Assembly: GCA_963796965.1 (NCBI GenBank)
Contig: CAWCNS010000016.1
Location: forward strand, 128,001-192,000
Origin: Calditrichia bacterium
Lineage (GTDB): Bacteria; Calditrichota; Calditrichia; JAJRVZ01
DNA length: 64,000 nt
Reading direction: 5' to 3'
Shown: piece after piece, positions 18,363 through 30,206 of the stretch
Numbering within the stretch: position 1 is the first letter of the stretch
Layout of the letters: the number at the start of each line of letters is the position of its first letter
Made by a program: the position numbers and the translations under genes
Notes under the pieces: model-generated
Databases searched by the model: none
What the model was told of the DNA's origin: nothing
The model's input: the letters and a program-made list of their open reading frames with translations, nothing else

Positions 18363-20072
18363 ATGATTAAAAAATTATACATTAAAGATTTTGCCATTGT
18401 AGAAGAACTTAATATAGAATTTACTACGGGATTTATTGTTATAACGGGTGAGACCGGCGCAGGGAAATCGATTATAGTCGGTGCCCTTGGTCTTCTCTGC
18501 GGTGAACGTGGTCAATCTGATCTGGTACGGGCAGGGGCAGCAAAAGCCATACTTGAGGCGGAGTTCCATCTTCATTCTGATGAAAGAATGGAGCAAATCC
18601 TTAATGATTACCAGATAGAAGAGTTTGATTCCCAGATTCTTATCCGTAGAGAAATAAACAGTAAGGGTATGAGCAGGGCATTTGTTAATGATACGCCCGT
18701 CAATATGAGCGTCCTTCAGAATCTCACCGCCATCCTCATTGATTTACATGGGCAACACCAACATCAACGTCTGATACATCCGGAAAACCACCTGGGATAT
18801 CTTGACAGTTTTGGAAATTTACATGGTATGGTGGAGGATTTCAAAGCCTCCCATAAAGAGTACCAGGAGCAATTGAAATTACTGAAAATCTATATTATTA
18901 AAAGAAATGAAAGTTTTGAAAAACATGATCTTTATACGTTTCAAGTCAATGAGCTTGATGCCGCAAAGTTAAAAAATGGAGAATTGGAATCACTTATTCA
19001 GGAAAGAAAGATTCTGGAGAATAACGAAACATTGTTTGATGTAGCTAATCAAGCTGGATCACTCCTTTATTCTGAGGAAAATTCGGCATCTAATAAGATC
19101 GCTGAAGTGATACGACGCATGAAACCAATGGCAGAAATAGATACATCTTTTAAAGACTTGCTCCAAAACCTGGAGACTGCTCAGGTTTCAGTGGAGGAGA
19201 GTGGACGGCAATGTGAGATGTATGCTACAAAACTAGAATTCAATCCTGAAAAACTCGAAGAAATCCAGAAACGCGAGTCGGATCTCAATTGGTTAGTGAG
19301 AAAATACCAGGTGAATGGAATAGATGACTTGATATTGCGTCGTGAAACAATGCGAAAGCAATTGACGGAGTTGGGAAACTACGATGAAAAAATTGAGCAG
19401 TTGGGAAAAAGTATAGAAGAAAAGCGCCAGTTGGTTGAACAAAGGGCGTTAAGTCTCTCCGATGCAAGAAAGCAATGTGCGGAAAGTTTTGAAGAGAAAC
19501 TTTCATTAGTGTTGGCTTCCGTGGGATTGAACAATGCCCGGTTTCAAATTAAAATTGATCAGATCCCAAAAAATGATGGTCTTATTTACAAAAATGAAAA
19601 TAAATATGATATAAATGATGATGGAATGGATGTGGTCTTATTTAATGTTGGTCTCAACATTGGTGAACCGGTCAGACCCCTCCACAAAATAGCATCCGGA
19701 GGAGAAGTCTCGCGAATTATGCTTGCCATCAAGACAATCATGGCAGATACTGATGAAATTGATACTCTTATTTTTGATGAAATTGATAGTGGGGTTTCCG
19801 GCCGATTTGCTGAAATAGTTGGAAAAAAGATGCAGGAAATCTCGAAGCATCATCAGTTGCTCGTAATTACACACTTACCACAGATCGCAGCACAGGGTGA
19901 CAGCCATTATTCGGTTATCAAAGAGGAAAAAGAGGGACGAACATCTGTCTCGGTCGAAAAACTAGATTCAGAAGCTCGAATAGTTGAGTTGGCAAAATTA
20001 CTGGGTGGAGAAAATATTACACCTGAGGCACAAGCAAATGCCCGTACCCTTCTGCAGCTCGCAGATATATAA
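18363..20072 (+). CDS. recN: DNA repair protein RecN
   Basis: ITGETGAGKS, DLHGQH, ASGGE, IFDEIDSG and ITHLPQIAA motifs. Confidence 0.98.
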   Translation: MIKKLYIKDFAIVEELNIEFTTGFIVITGETGAGKSIIVGALGLLCGERGQSDLVRAGAAKAILEAEFHLHSDERMEQILNDYQIEEFDSQILIRREINSKGMSRAFVNDTPVNMSVLQNLTAILIDLHGQHQHQRLIHPENHLGYLDSFGNLHGMVEDFKASHKEYQEQLKLLKIYIIKRNESFEKHDLYTFQVNELDAAKLKNGELESLIQERKILENNETLFDVANQAGSLLYSEENSASNKIAEVIRRMKPMAEIDTSFKDLLQNLETAQVSVEESGRQCEMYATKLEFNPEKLEEIQKRESDLNWLVRKYQVNGIDDLILRRETMRKQLTELGNYDEKIEQLGKSIEEKRQLVEQRALSLSDARKQCAESFEEKLSLVLASVGLNNARFQIKIDQIPKNDGLIYKNENKYDINDDGMDVVLFNVGLNIGEPVRPLHKIASGGEVSRIMLAIKTIMADTDEIDTLIFDEIDSGVSGRFAEIVGKKMQEISKHHQLLVITHLPQIAAQGDSHYSVIKEEKEGRTSVSVEKLDSEARIVELAKLLGGENITPEAQANARTLLQLADI

Positions 20073-20189
20073 AAAAATTGTTTTGAATGCTCATATTCGC
20101 TATAATACTGAACTTGCTTGCTTTTATTTTTCAACTTTCTTAAGTTAAATTTAATTTAACCTTTATAAAGAAAATCTGGGGCTAGGGAT

Positions 20190-20861
20190 ATGAGAAGATC
20201 AAATTATCGTTTTACCGGCTCATTGCCAGACGAAAACCCACATTCAAGACGATATTTTCTGAAACTATTTAAATCAAAAAAGCGAATAGCAGAAGATTCG
20301 AGAGACCCTAAATCAATTCACCCAACTGAATTAAAAAAGCGTGTTATTGAACTGGGTAAGGGCAAAAAGGTTAGCATTCTTCGCCTTTCTTATGATGGTG
20401 TTCCGGAAGATCATCCCGTAGCAGTAAAAATTATCGATATTGGTAATGATCATTTTACCGGAAAAGTTGTTAATGTCGATCGGGAAGTGAGTGAGAGTCA
20501 GGAAAAAAAGCTGATTTTTGTAAAAGGTGGGGGCGGCACTATTGATTTTCAATTTGCAGATGGTGATATCCTGAGCATTGAAGAAGATATAGATGAAGAG
20601 ATTATCGAAGAACGAAGTATTGAAGAGGTCCGGGAAATACTTGAAGCCCTCGACCTGAATGAAGATGTTACCATTAGCTTCTATGATAAAGATAAAGGTG
20701 GGGTAATAAATGGTTTGGGTGTTTTAACAGCAAAAGATATGGAAACACTCGATTTCACAGTTACGCTGAAAATGATTAATGAGATTAAACTAAATGAACC
20801 CCGCGTCTTAGCATTGAATCTCGAGAAAGATAAAATCCTGGATCTGGAAGTCGTGATATAA
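20190..20861 (+). CDS. Hypothetical acidic protein, probably two tandem beta-barrel domains
   Basis: 223-aa ORF followed by a terminator; the two halves share a helix-then-strands pattern. Confidence 0.7.
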   Translation: MRRSNYRFTGSLPDENPHSRRYFLKLFKSKKRIAEDSRDPKSIHPTELKKRVIELGKGKKVSILRLSYDGVPEDHPVAVKIIDIGNDHFTGKVVNVDREVSESQEKKLIFVKGGGGTIDFQFADGDILSIEEDIDEEIIEERSIEEVREILEALDLNEDVTISFYDKDKGGVINGLGVLTAKDMETLDFTVTLKMINEIKLNEPRVLALNLEKDKILDLEVVI

Positions 20862-20881
20862 ATTTTACAATTATTGAAAAA

Positions 20882-20915
20882 AAGCCAGCCAGATATTTTG
20901 GTTGGCTTTTTTTTT
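20882..20915 (+). terminator. Intrinsic terminator (bidirectional form)
   Basis: A-run, AGCCAGCCA-loop-TGGTTGGCT, T-run. Confidence 0.85.
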
Positions 20916-20974
20916 ATGTAATATCATAGCACTGATAAATAATATCCATTTTTTAATATAGAGGAATAGAGAAC

Positions 20975-22000
20975 ATGACAAAAGAAAAGATAGAGGAAGC
21001 ACTTAGACATGTGATATATCCCGGGATGAACCGGGATATTGTTACATTGGGAATTGTAAAAACAATAGATATTTCAGACAAATCTGTCTCAATCGGTATG
21101 GATCTTCGCAGTGATGATGATGCGGAAGTCAAAGCAGTGCAAGAAGCTGTAACGCGTGAAATTAAGAATCTATCTGGTATAGATACTGTTTCTATTATTA
21201 ATCAGAATAAAGAAAAAGCCTCTGCTGTAGAAAGCCCTTTTCTGCCAAAGGTAAAAACAAAGATAGCTATTGCCAGTGGTAAGGGAGGCGTGGGAAAATC
21301 AACGGTTAGTGTAAATCTGGCGGTTGCCCTGGCTAAACAGGGCCTTAAAGTTGGTTTGCTGGACTCGGATATTTATGGACCCAGTATTCCCCTGATGTTT
21401 GGAATTAAAGAACGACCGGCTTTTGATGGCGAGAAATTGCTTCCTTTAGAAAAATTTGGCGTCAAACTGATGTCTTTGGGGTTTTTAGTTACAGATGACA
21501 GCCCGGTTATCTGGCGGGGGCCCTTAGTGATGAGGGCACTTCAGCAACTTATGAGTGATGTTGATTGGGGAGAATTGGATATCATATTATTCGATATGCC
21601 TCCTGGTACAGGTGATGCCCAACTAACTCTTAGTCAGTCAATAACTCTGGATGGTGCAGTTATTGTTACAACACCTCAGGATGTTGCCTTGTTAGATGCT
21701 GTTAAAGGTGTGGAGATGTTCAGAAAAGTTAATGTGCCAATCTTGGGGATAGTCGAGAATATGAGTTATTTTGTATGTACTCATTGTCAGGAAAGAACGG
21801 ATATTTTCTCCTCCGGAGGTGCGAAGCGGGAATCAGATCGTCTAAAAGTTGATTTACTTGGAGAGATTCCATTAAATGTTGATATAAGAATTGGTGGAGA
21901 TGAAGGTGAACCTATTGTAGAGAAAGATGAAACGAGTGATCAGGCAAAAGCCTTTATGGATATTGCCAGTAAATTAAAAACATTTGCACAGATTAATTAA
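20975..22000 (+). CDS. mrp: Mrp/ApbC (NBP35) Fe-S cluster carrier ATPase
   Basis: SGKGGVGKST, DSDIYGPS, WRGP, DMPPGTGD and ENMS..CTHC motifs. Confidence 0.96.
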   Translation: MTKEKIEEALRHVIYPGMNRDIVTLGIVKTIDISDKSVSIGMDLRSDDDAEVKAVQEAVTREIKNLSGIDTVSIINQNKEKASAVESPFLPKVKTKIAIASGKGGVGKSTVSVNLAVALAKQGLKVGLLDSDIYGPSIPLMFGIKERPAFDGEKLLPLEKFGVKLMSLGFLVTDDSPVIWRGPLVMRALQQLMSDVDWGELDIILFDMPPGTGDAQLTLSQSITLDGAVIVTTPQDVALLDAVKGVEMFRKVNVPILGIVENMSYFVCTHCQERTDIFSSGGAKRESDRLKVDLLGEIPLNVDIRIGGDEGEPIVEKDETSDQAKAFMDIASKLKTFAQIN

Positions 22001-22016
22001 CTGTTATAGGAATGTA

Positions 22017-23009
22017 ATGAAAAAATATGATCTGGCGATAATCGGAGCAGGACCTGCGGGTATTGGTTGTGCGATTTCAGCCGTAAAGAGGAAATTAAAT
22101 GTAATTATTCTGGAGAAAGGGAATATTGTCAACTCAATCATAAATTTTCCAACACAGATGTCATTTTTTTCAACAGCGACTGAACTTGAATTGCACAATC
22201 TCCCCTTTAATAGCCAGGCGCTAAAACCAGTGAGAATAGAAGCTATAAAATATTATCAGAGTCTTATCTCATTTTTTGAAATTCCGGTTGAAACAGGGAC
22301 GAAAGTTAAAGAGATTGTTAAAACAGATGACCGTTTTTTAATAAATTTTCAGAAAAATGATCAGGCATTACAGGTAGAATGTTCAAAATTAATAATAGCG
22401 ACGGGTTTTTATGATACTCCCAATAAACTCAATATTCCGGGAGAAGATTTAGATCATGTCTCTCATTATTACCGCGAACCGTTTCAGCATTTTAATCAGG
22501 ATGTTGTTGTTGTAGGCGGTAAAAATTCTGCAGTAGAAGCTGCATTGGATTTGCACCGTCATGGTGCACGCGTACATCTGATACATCGTCGCAACGAAAT
22601 AAAGGAAAGCGTTAAATACTGGGTGTTACCGGATATCAGAAACAGAATTGCGGAGGGTAGCATAAAAGTTTCGCTCGAATCTGAACTAAGCCGGATTAAT
22701 GCATCGCAGATTGAGGTAAATAATAATGGTACAAGAAATATATTTCCCGCCGATGCCGTATATTTGTTAACCGGCTACTATCCCAATCCAAGTTTGTTGG
22801 ATCAATGCGGTATTGATTATAATCCTGAGAATCTTGAACCAAAGATTAATCCTCATTCACTCGAATCAAATGTGGGGGGTATATACCTTGCCGGGTCCAT
22901 TATTGCCGGCAGGAATGCGAATAAAATATTTATTGAGAACTCAAGGGAACATGGTGAGAAAATTCTTTCAGATATAGAAAATAAAATAGAGAATCTATCC
23001 TCCCGATAG
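22017..23009 (+). CDS. ypdA: YpdA-family putative bacillithiol disulfide reductase
   Basis: GAGPAG, VNSI..FP..M.FFST, ATGFYD.P, GGKNSA, VKYWV.PDI.NRI and IFIENSREH motifs. Confidence 0.88.
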   Translation: MKKYDLAIIGAGPAGIGCAISAVKRKLNVIILEKGNIVNSIINFPTQMSFFSTATELELHNLPFNSQALKPVRIEAIKYYQSLISFFEIPVETGTKVKEIVKTDDRFLINFQKNDQALQVECSKLIIATGFYDTPNKLNIPGEDLDHVSHYYREPFQHFNQDVVVVGGKNSAVEAALDLHRHGARVHLIHRRNEIKESVKYWVLPDIRNRIAEGSIKVSLESELSRINASQIEVNNNGTRNIFPADAVYLLTGYYPNPSLLDQCGIDYNPENLEPKINPHSLESNVGGIYLAGSIIAGRNANKIFIENSREHGEKILSDIENKIENLSSR

Positions 23010-23052
23010 TTGACACCTTACTATAAATCATATATATTGATTAAAGCGATAT

Positions 23053-23730
23053 ATGGAAAATTTATATATAGGGCTCCTCGGTAGTCTCCTGATATTGGAT
23101 ACAACCGTTGCCTTTCAATTTTTAATTTCACAACCACTTATTGCATGTACATTGCTTGGCTGGTTTTTGGGAGATGCCCAGTTGGGAATGCAAATTGGGA
23201 TCTATCTTCAATTACTATGGCTGAGTAGTATTCCTGTTGGTGCTGCCATTATTCCAGAAGGTAATGTCGCTGCAATAATAATTACAGCTCTGGTTTTAAG
23301 ATACAACCAGGATTATGTGAACTTTAATACCGTTCTGATATGCGCTCTGTTGTTTGGTGTTCTTGTTAGCTATTTCGGTGGTCAATTGGTTGTCTTCTTT
23401 AGAAAGTCAAATCATTATTTTTTAAAGAAAGTTTTGTCTTTCGCCAGAAGGGGTAATTTGTCCACCTTGACTCTTATAAACTATCTGGCTTTAGTATTCC
23501 ACTATCTATTGATGTTTATATTAATATTTCTTGCCATGTATGTTGGTGATTTTATTTTTAAATATGTTATAAATATCCCCTTGGATTGGGATAAATATTT
23601 TAAATATAGTGTTATGGCATTAATCGGAATTGGAGCTGGTTTGATGTTATCGATGTACAAAGAACGGAAAAATTTACTTCTTTTGGGTGTGGGGCTAATC
23701 TCAGGCTACATATTTTTCTTATTAAAATGA
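23053..23730 (+). CDS. PTS mannose/sorbose-family IIC component
   Basis: QFLISQPLIACTLLGW..G..IG..LQLLWL..IPVGAAIIPE motif. Confidence 0.85.
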   Translation: MENLYIGLLGSLLILDTTVAFQFLISQPLIACTLLGWFLGDAQLGMQIGIYLQLLWLSSIPVGAAIIPEGNVAAIIITALVLRYNQDYVNFNTVLICALLFGVLVSYFGGQLVVFFRKSNHYFLKKVLSFARRGNLSTLTLINYLALVFHYLLMFILIFLAMYVGDFIFKYVINIPLDWDKYFKYSVMALIGIGAGLMLSMYKERKNLLLLGVGLISGYIFFLLK

Positions 23731-24504
23731 AATCGACAAAAAAATTAGGACCAATGGTCTTCATCGATATATTCTTTCGTTCTTTTTTTATCCAGGCTGT
23801 CTGGAATTACCAGAGTATGATCTCTATTGGTTTTTGTTTTGCTCTGGCTCCGGTTGCTAAGAAGACTATTTAAGGATAGTGCAAGACGTAGTGCTTTTAT
23901 AAACCGTCATCTAAACTTTTTTAACGCGCATCCCTATTTCTCATCATTTGCTCTTGGTGCTATTGCCAAAGTAGAATATGATCTTTATCAGGAAGAAAAT
24001 GATGATTTTTACAAACTTGACCGATTGAAAAATGCACTGATTGGACCTCTGGGTGCAATAGGTGACCAGCTAGTATGGGCGACAATTAAACCAGCCTCTA
24101 TATTGATCGGTATGTTGGGAGTCATGTTATTACCTGAATTTCATGTAAAAATAATATTCTTAGTGGTACTACTGGCTTTATATAATATTCCTCATATATA
24201 TATCCGAATTTTTGGCCTTATAAAGGGATATATAGCCGGCTTTGAGATTTATAAGTTATTAAATCTTGAGAACTTTAAGACGGTGCGGAACATTTATGGA
24301 GGGTTTGGCGCGGTAGCTCTTGGGACTATATTTTCTTATTCGTTTTTTGAAAGTGGTAGCTCTGATATTATATATGCAATCGTATTCATTATTTGTTTTT
24401 TTGCAGCGTATTATTACAAAAAATGGCGCCAATCTGTATACAGGAGTCTTGCATTTCCTGTTTTGCTCGCCTTTCTAATTGGGATTATTATAGAGAATTT
24501 ATGA
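23727..24504 (+). CDS. PTS mannose-family IID component; frameshifted near 23860
   Basis: ATG 23727 gives RSFFIQAVWNYQSM, which continues in another frame as RHLNFFNAHPY..GPLGAIGDQLVW. Confidence 0.85.
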
Positions 24505-24773
24505 TAGAGCAGAGTCTGACAATAACAAATAAGCATGGTCTTCATGCCCGTCCAGCAGCTCAGTTCGTAAAAATTGCTGGTAAATTTACTTCTGATATTA
24601 AAGTCATAAAAGACGGTTTGGAGGTAAATGGCAAGAGCATCATGGGTATCATGATGCTGGCTGCCGAACCAGGGAGCGAAATAATTATAAACGTTGATGG
24701 AGAGGATGAAAAAGAAGCATTTGAAGCGCTGAGCGATTTGATCATTCAGAAATTCTATGAAGATGAAAAATAA
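24501..24773 (+). CDS. ptsH: Phosphocarrier protein HPr
   Basis: NKHGLHARPAA and GKSIMG motifs; start at ATG 24501. Confidence 0.96.
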   Translation: MIEQSLTITNKHGLHARPAAQFVKIAGKFTSDIKVIKDGLEVNGKSIMGIMMLAAEPGSEIIINVDGEDEKEAFEALSDLIIQKFYEDEK

Positions 24774-26539
24774 ACAGATAAGGCATGTGAAGAAAGAAGT
24801 CCGCCTGGAGGTGCTTTCAGTAGTTCCCGGTTTGGCAATGGGACCGGCTTATCATTTTAGAAAGTTATCATTTGAGATTGATGATCTTAATTATCCCATT
24901 GATAGTATTGAGGGGGAGATTGAGAGATTTCAACATGCCTGTATTAAAACTGCGAATTTTCTTAAGAAAACCAAGCAGCTTAGTAGTGCGATTTATGATG
25001 AACAGTTTCTGGAAATTTTTGAAAGTCAGATTGCACTCCTGGAAGATCAAATATTTCTTAAAGAGATAGAAAACTTTATTCGAGAGAATAAAAACTCAGC
25101 TGCATTTGCCGTGTTTACCGTATTCCGTGAAAAGATGGATTATTTCATGGGGCTTGATAATGAATATTTTCGCGAAAGATCCATGGATATTCAGGATCTT
25201 AAGCATAAGATATTACATGCCATATTTGGTGTCGGAACCGAGTATCAAATATCAATTCCGTCGGTTATATTTGCAGAATATCTCTCACCCTCGGATACGA
25301 TTCATTTTAACAGAAACCTGATTTTGGGATTTGTCACCGATACAGGAGGAAAGACTTCACATGCGGCTATTCTGGCACGCTCGTTAAACTTACCCTATGT
25401 AATTAATAATCAATCTCTATCGAAGATTGTCCAAACCGATGATTTTGTAATTATTGATGCTTATTCAGGCCAAATGATCGTTAATCCAACCCCCAAAACC
25501 ATTGAATCCTACAAGGTATTAAAGAAAAAATATATCGACATTGATCTCACTCTAAAAGAGGAAGCGGGTTTACCCGCCAGAAGTCTTGACGGCGTTGAAA
25601 TTGATGTACTCGCCAACGTGGAATTTTTAAATGAGCTACCTGATGTTCATAGTCATGGATCCAATGGGATTGGTCTCTTCCGAACGGAAGGGATTTTTTT
25701 GGAAAAAGATGGTCTACCAAATGAGGAAGAGCAATATCAAATTTACAAGCGTGTTTCCGAAGAAATGGGTGAGAAACCAGTCATTCTTAGATCCCTCGAT
25801 GCTGGAGGGGATAAGGTCCTGAAAGATATCGATCAACCCGAAGAACAAAATCCGTTCTTGGGTTGGCGGGCTATACGGTTTTGCCTGGATGAGCGTGATA
25901 TTTTCAAAACACAATTAAGGGCAATATTAAGAGCCAATATAAGCGGCAATCTGAAACTATTGTTGCCGATGGTGTCGTGCTTGAGGGAAATCAAGGAATC
26001 AAAAAAGATTTTAGAAGAGGTGAAAAATGAATTGCGGCGCAATGGAAGTGAATTCAGGGAGAAGATAGAGTTGGGTATTATGATCGAAATTCCAGCTGCC
26101 GCAATTATGTCAGATATTTTCGCTCAAGAAGTGGATTTTTTGAGTTTTGGAACCAACGATTTAACACAATATACCCTTGCTGTTGACCGTACAAACCAAA
26201 AAATTGCCAGACTTTTTAATGATATGCATCCTGCCATACTAAGATTAATGCAAATGACGATTAATAATGCACATAACCTGAATAAAGAAATAAGTATTTG
26301 TGGGGAACTCGCGGCCAATCCAACTGCTATACCGGTGTTAATCGGTCTTGGCTTAAGAAAGACTGAGTATGAGTCCTTTTATGATTCCCAGGATAAAAAA
26401 AATAATACGATCATTTAATGTCTCTGATTGTGAGTCTCTTGTAAATCACCTATTAACGTTGCCTTCAGCGCTTCAGATAATTGAAGAAACAACAAGATTC
26501 TTTAATGATAAGATTACAAATAAAGATTTATTAATCTAA
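24757..26539 (+). CDS. ptsI: PTS enzyme I; frameshifted near 26360
   Basis: GGKTSHAAILARS, GLFRTE, GGDK, NPFLGWRAIR and SFGTNDLTQY motifs; the tail LSMSPFMIPRIKKIIR continues in another frame to TAA 26539. Confidence 0.93.
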
Positions 26540-26555
26540 AGGAGAGCAAATAAGT

Positions 26556-27597
26556 ATGTATTCAGTCGATAAAGAAAATTTTAAACAATATCTATTGAGT
26601 TTTCCTGAGCAGATTGCTGGCAGTCAAAAAATCTTTAATGCAAGTAAGATTAATCTTAAGACGGATTCTATTAGAAATATAATTTACCTGGGGATGGGGG
26701 GCTCCGCTATTGCCGGGGATATTATATCAGATGTATTATTCGATCAATTAAGTTTTCCAATTCAAGTCGTCAGAGGGTATCATATCCCTGCCTCATGTTC
26801 TGATTCTACGCTGGTAATTGCTTCAAGTTACTCCGGAAACACAGAGGAAACTTTACAGGCTGTGGGAGAGGCAAAGAAAAAAGGGGCCCAGGTTATAGCT
26901 ATCACCTCCGGCGGTGAGATGCAAAAGTTAGCTGAAAAAAGCAAATGGCCAATGCTGTCATTACCGGAAGGTTATCCTCCACGCCAAGCCTTCGGCTACC
27001 TGTTCTTTCTCGCTCTTCAGACTATATTGAAAGCAATAGGGAAAGATATAAGTGCGGATGATTTTAGGCAGATTATTCATATGACCGAATTGATAATATT
27101 TAATAATGATGAGGAGACAGCTCCTGGAAAGGTTTTTGCTAAAGACCTGGCCATCAAGGTGAAAAATAAAATCCCGATTATATATTCTTCTGCACCATTT
27201 TTATCGAGCGTGGCAACACGTTGGAAAAACCAGTTCCAGGAAAACTCAAAGTCCATGGCATTTAGTAATGTTATTCCTGAAATGAATCATAACGAAATTG
27301 TTGGTTGGGAGATGAGCCATAAAACTCTTGATGACTATATTGTCGTGTTTTTGGAAAAACCTGATGAAAATCCTAAAATAAAAGCGCGTATTCAGCTGAC
27401 AAAAAATATTATCCATGACAGAGGAACTGAGATTGTTGAAGTCTATTCACAAGGCCAGACTGCAATTGAACATGTCATTTCTTTAATCAGTATTTCCGAT
27501 TGGACTAGTCTATTATCTAGCTCTATTATATGAAAAGGATCCGGCAAGTATTGTAAATATAGATTATCTGAAAGGCGAATTAAAAAAACAATCCTGA
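26556..27597 (+). CDS. Bifunctional phosphoglucose/phosphomannose isomerase; frameshifted near 27507
   Basis: GMGGSAIAG, SYSGNTEET, QENSK and PEMNHNEI motifs; the tail YYLALLYEKDP..IDYLKGEL ends at TGA 27597. Confidence 0.92.
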
Positions 27598-27642
27598 GTT
27601 GGGATGAAATAGATTATGCAGTAAATTAGATGAAATAAAATT

Positions 27643-28797
27643 ATGGAGAGGATACAGATGGCAGAGTATATATTTAGTTCAGAATCAGTGACGGAGGGAC
27701 ATCCGGATAAAGTTGCCGATCAGATTTCAGATGCAATTCTAGATGCGGTTCTAAAAGAAGATCCTTTTGGAAGAGTTGCTTGTGAGACTTTTGTAACGAC
27801 TGGTCTGACACTAGTAGGTGGCGAGATTACCACAAAGTGTTATGTTGATATTCCGGCTACGGCACGACAAGTTATAAAGGAAATAGGTTATGTAGATGCA
27901 AAATATGGATTTGATTATGAAACCTGTGCGGTACTAACCTCCCTTGACCAGCAGTCATCTGATATTGCCATGGGTGTAGATAAAGCAGGGGCAGGTGACC
28001 AGGGAATGATGTTTGGCTATGCAACGCGGGAAACACCAGAATTTATGCCTTTACCAATTCACCTAGCCCATCAGGTTACAAAACAATTAGCAAAATGCAG
28101 AAAATCGGGAGAAATTCCTTTTCTTAGACCTGATGGTAAGTCACAGGTCTCAGTTAAATATGTCGATAAGAAACCGGTTTCCGTAGAAAGTGTTGTCGTA
28201 TCGACGCAGCATGAGCCGGATGTTGATATTAAAACGATTGAAAAAGAAGTTATTGAAAAAGTTATAAATAAAAGCATTCCGAAAGATCTGATTAAAAACG
28301 GAAATGTGCGTTATCTAATTAACCCTACGGGTAGATTTGTAATTGGCGGTCCCCTGGGTGATGCCGGATTAACCGGAAGGAAAATAATTGTAGATACCTA
28401 TGGCGGTGCATATTCACATGGTGGGGGCGCGTTTTCAGGTAAGGATCCTACCAAAGTTGACCGATCTGCCTCATATTTTGCCCGTTATGTGGCTAAAAAT
28501 ATTGTCGCTGCAGGTCTGGCCGATCGTTGTGGTCTTCAGGTGGCCTATGCCATTGGTGTTGCCGAACCGATATCTTTGATGGTTGAAACCTTTGGGACAG
28601 GTAAAATTGAGGACAGCAAACTCTCAGAGTTGTTACTAAAAACCTTTGATTTTACACCGGGTGGTATCATTGAATCTTTGCAGTTACGGAACCCAATTTA
28701 CCGTATTACTGCGGCTTACGGTCATTTTGGCCGTACAGAGAAAGAATTTACCTGGGAAAAAACGGATCGGGTGAAAGATCTCCTAAAAAACGTCTAG
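27643..28797 (+). CDS. metK: S-adenosylmethionine synthetase
   Basis: [28 protein letters not shown] and [16 protein letters not shown] motifs; the start may be 27658. Confidence 0.99.
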   Translation: MERIQMAEYIFSSESVTEGHPDKVADQISDAILDAVLKEDPFGRVACETFVTTGLTLVGGEITTKCYVDIPATARQVIKEIGYVDAKYGFDYETCAVLTSLDQQSSDIAMGVDKAGAGDQGMMFGYATRETPEFMPLPIHLAHQVTKQLAKCRKSGEIPFLRPDGKSQVSVKYVDKKPVSVESVVVSTQHEPDVDIKTIEKEVIEKVINKSIPKDLIKNGNVRYLINPTGRFVIGGPLGDAGLTGRKIIVDTYGGAYSHGGGAFSGKDPTKVDRSASYFARYVAKNIVAAGLADRCGLQVAYAIGVAEPISLMVETFGTGKIEDSKLSELLLKTFDFTPGGIIESLQLRNPIYRITAAYGHFGRTEKEFTWEKTDRVKDLLKNV

Positions 28798-28900
28798 TAG
28801 AGATTTATTCTGGGTGGTTTGTAATAAAATTTAAATAAATTACCTATGTTCTTGTTTCAAACATTTCAAATTCTTCTGATTCATGGGTAATAAGAGAATA

Positions 28901-28944
28901 AAAAAAGAGACAGATTTTCTTAATTGACCATCTGTCTTTTTTTT
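28901..28944 (+). terminator. Probable intrinsic terminator after metK
   Basis: AGAGACAGAT...ATCTGTCTTTTTTTT. Confidence 0.65.
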
Positions 28945-29181
28945 ATAGTTAATTTTCCCTGCCATTATTTATAATCTTATTGTTTTATTACTATTCTCTG
29001 CCTATAAAATGCAAAAGGACCTTCTTAATTCCAAGAAAGTCGAAGCAGAGGCCAGTAAGAATTCAATAAAACCTGCCCAGTAATATCTTTTTTATATTAT
29101 GAAATTGCTGCACCATTGATTTGTGTAGTACGGAAGATTTGATTGATAAACTGTATACAAAACTAAAATGGAGTGTGTGTT

Positions 29182-30048
29182 ATGGATTCAACTAAATGGA
29201 AATTTGTGATCATATATATGCTCTTCGTCTTATCTGTTACAGCCTTAGCACAGGATAATGAAGAAGAGAAGGAGTTAGGCTGGTTTTTTACTGCTGAAGT
29301 TGCCGGATTATGGACTGGTGGCAACTCTGAATCCAGAACGATGGGTTTATCAACTACTATAAAACAAATATGGCCGAAATCGGCACTAAAATTTAATCTT
29401 GGTGGAACCGACACAAAATCCAGTCTTACTACAAGATCGGCCGTAGGAACCAGTGAAGATTATTCAATAAGTGAAGTAAAAAAAACAGAACAGACGGCAG
29501 AATTATTTTTTGCACGGGGTCGATACGATTTCAAGATTAGCAAACGATTTTATATGCTAGGTGGCGTCGATTGGTTGAGAAATAGATTTGCCGGTATAGA
29601 TAGCCGTCTTCTGTTTGTGATCGGTGCAGGGAATAATTGGATTGACAACGATCAAATGCGTTTTGAGACAGATTACGGTTTTACATATACATTTCAGGAT
29701 GATATTATCGAGAATCCTTTTTTAGCCACTAAATTCCCGGGTGTGCGGATTGCTTATGACTTCTGGTGGAAACTGACTGCGTCGACCGAATTTTCTAGTT
29801 ATATAACTGTCGACTGGAATATGGATAACACAGATGATGTTAGGATTGATTTTACCAATGCGCTGCCGATTGCTATCAGCGAAACATTTTCGCTAAAACC
29901 CTCACTTCAGCTGTTATGGCGGAATGATCCCGCATTAACCGAGGTTGAATTGCAAGCACCAGACGGCACACCAACTAGTGAGAAAGTGTATACACCGCTG
30001 CAAAAGCTGGATACACTTTTTAGTTTAACTCTTGTCCTCAGCATTTGA
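29182..30048 (+). CDS. DUF481-family outer-membrane beta-barrel protein
   Basis: Signal peptide, TGGNSES, W.RNRFAGIDSR and a terminal amphipathic strand. Confidence 0.75.
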   Translation: MDSTKWKFVIIYMLFVLSVTALAQDNEEEKELGWFFTAEVAGLWTGGNSESRTMGLSTTIKQIWPKSALKFNLGGTDTKSSLTTRSAVGTSEDYSISEVKKTEQTAELFFARGRYDFKISKRFYMLGGVDWLRNRFAGIDSRLLFVIGAGNNWIDNDQMRFETDYGFTYTFQDDIIENPFLATKFPGVRIAYDFWWKLTASTEFSSYITVDWNMDNTDDVRIDFTNALPIAISETFSLKPSLQLLWRNDPALTEVELQAPDGTPTSEKVYTPLQKLDTLFSLTLVLSI

Positions 30049-30206
30049 TGAAAGTTGTACGCCCTTTGCATTTGAGAAATTGGGATTCAATTAAAGATTT
30101 TTACATCATTTTCATAGGTAGGTTTTGTGTGTATGCGGTCAGGCGCTAAGTAATTAAAAGAAGGTTATAAATAAGAGTGAAGAAAAGATAAACTATTAAT
30201 AGACAG

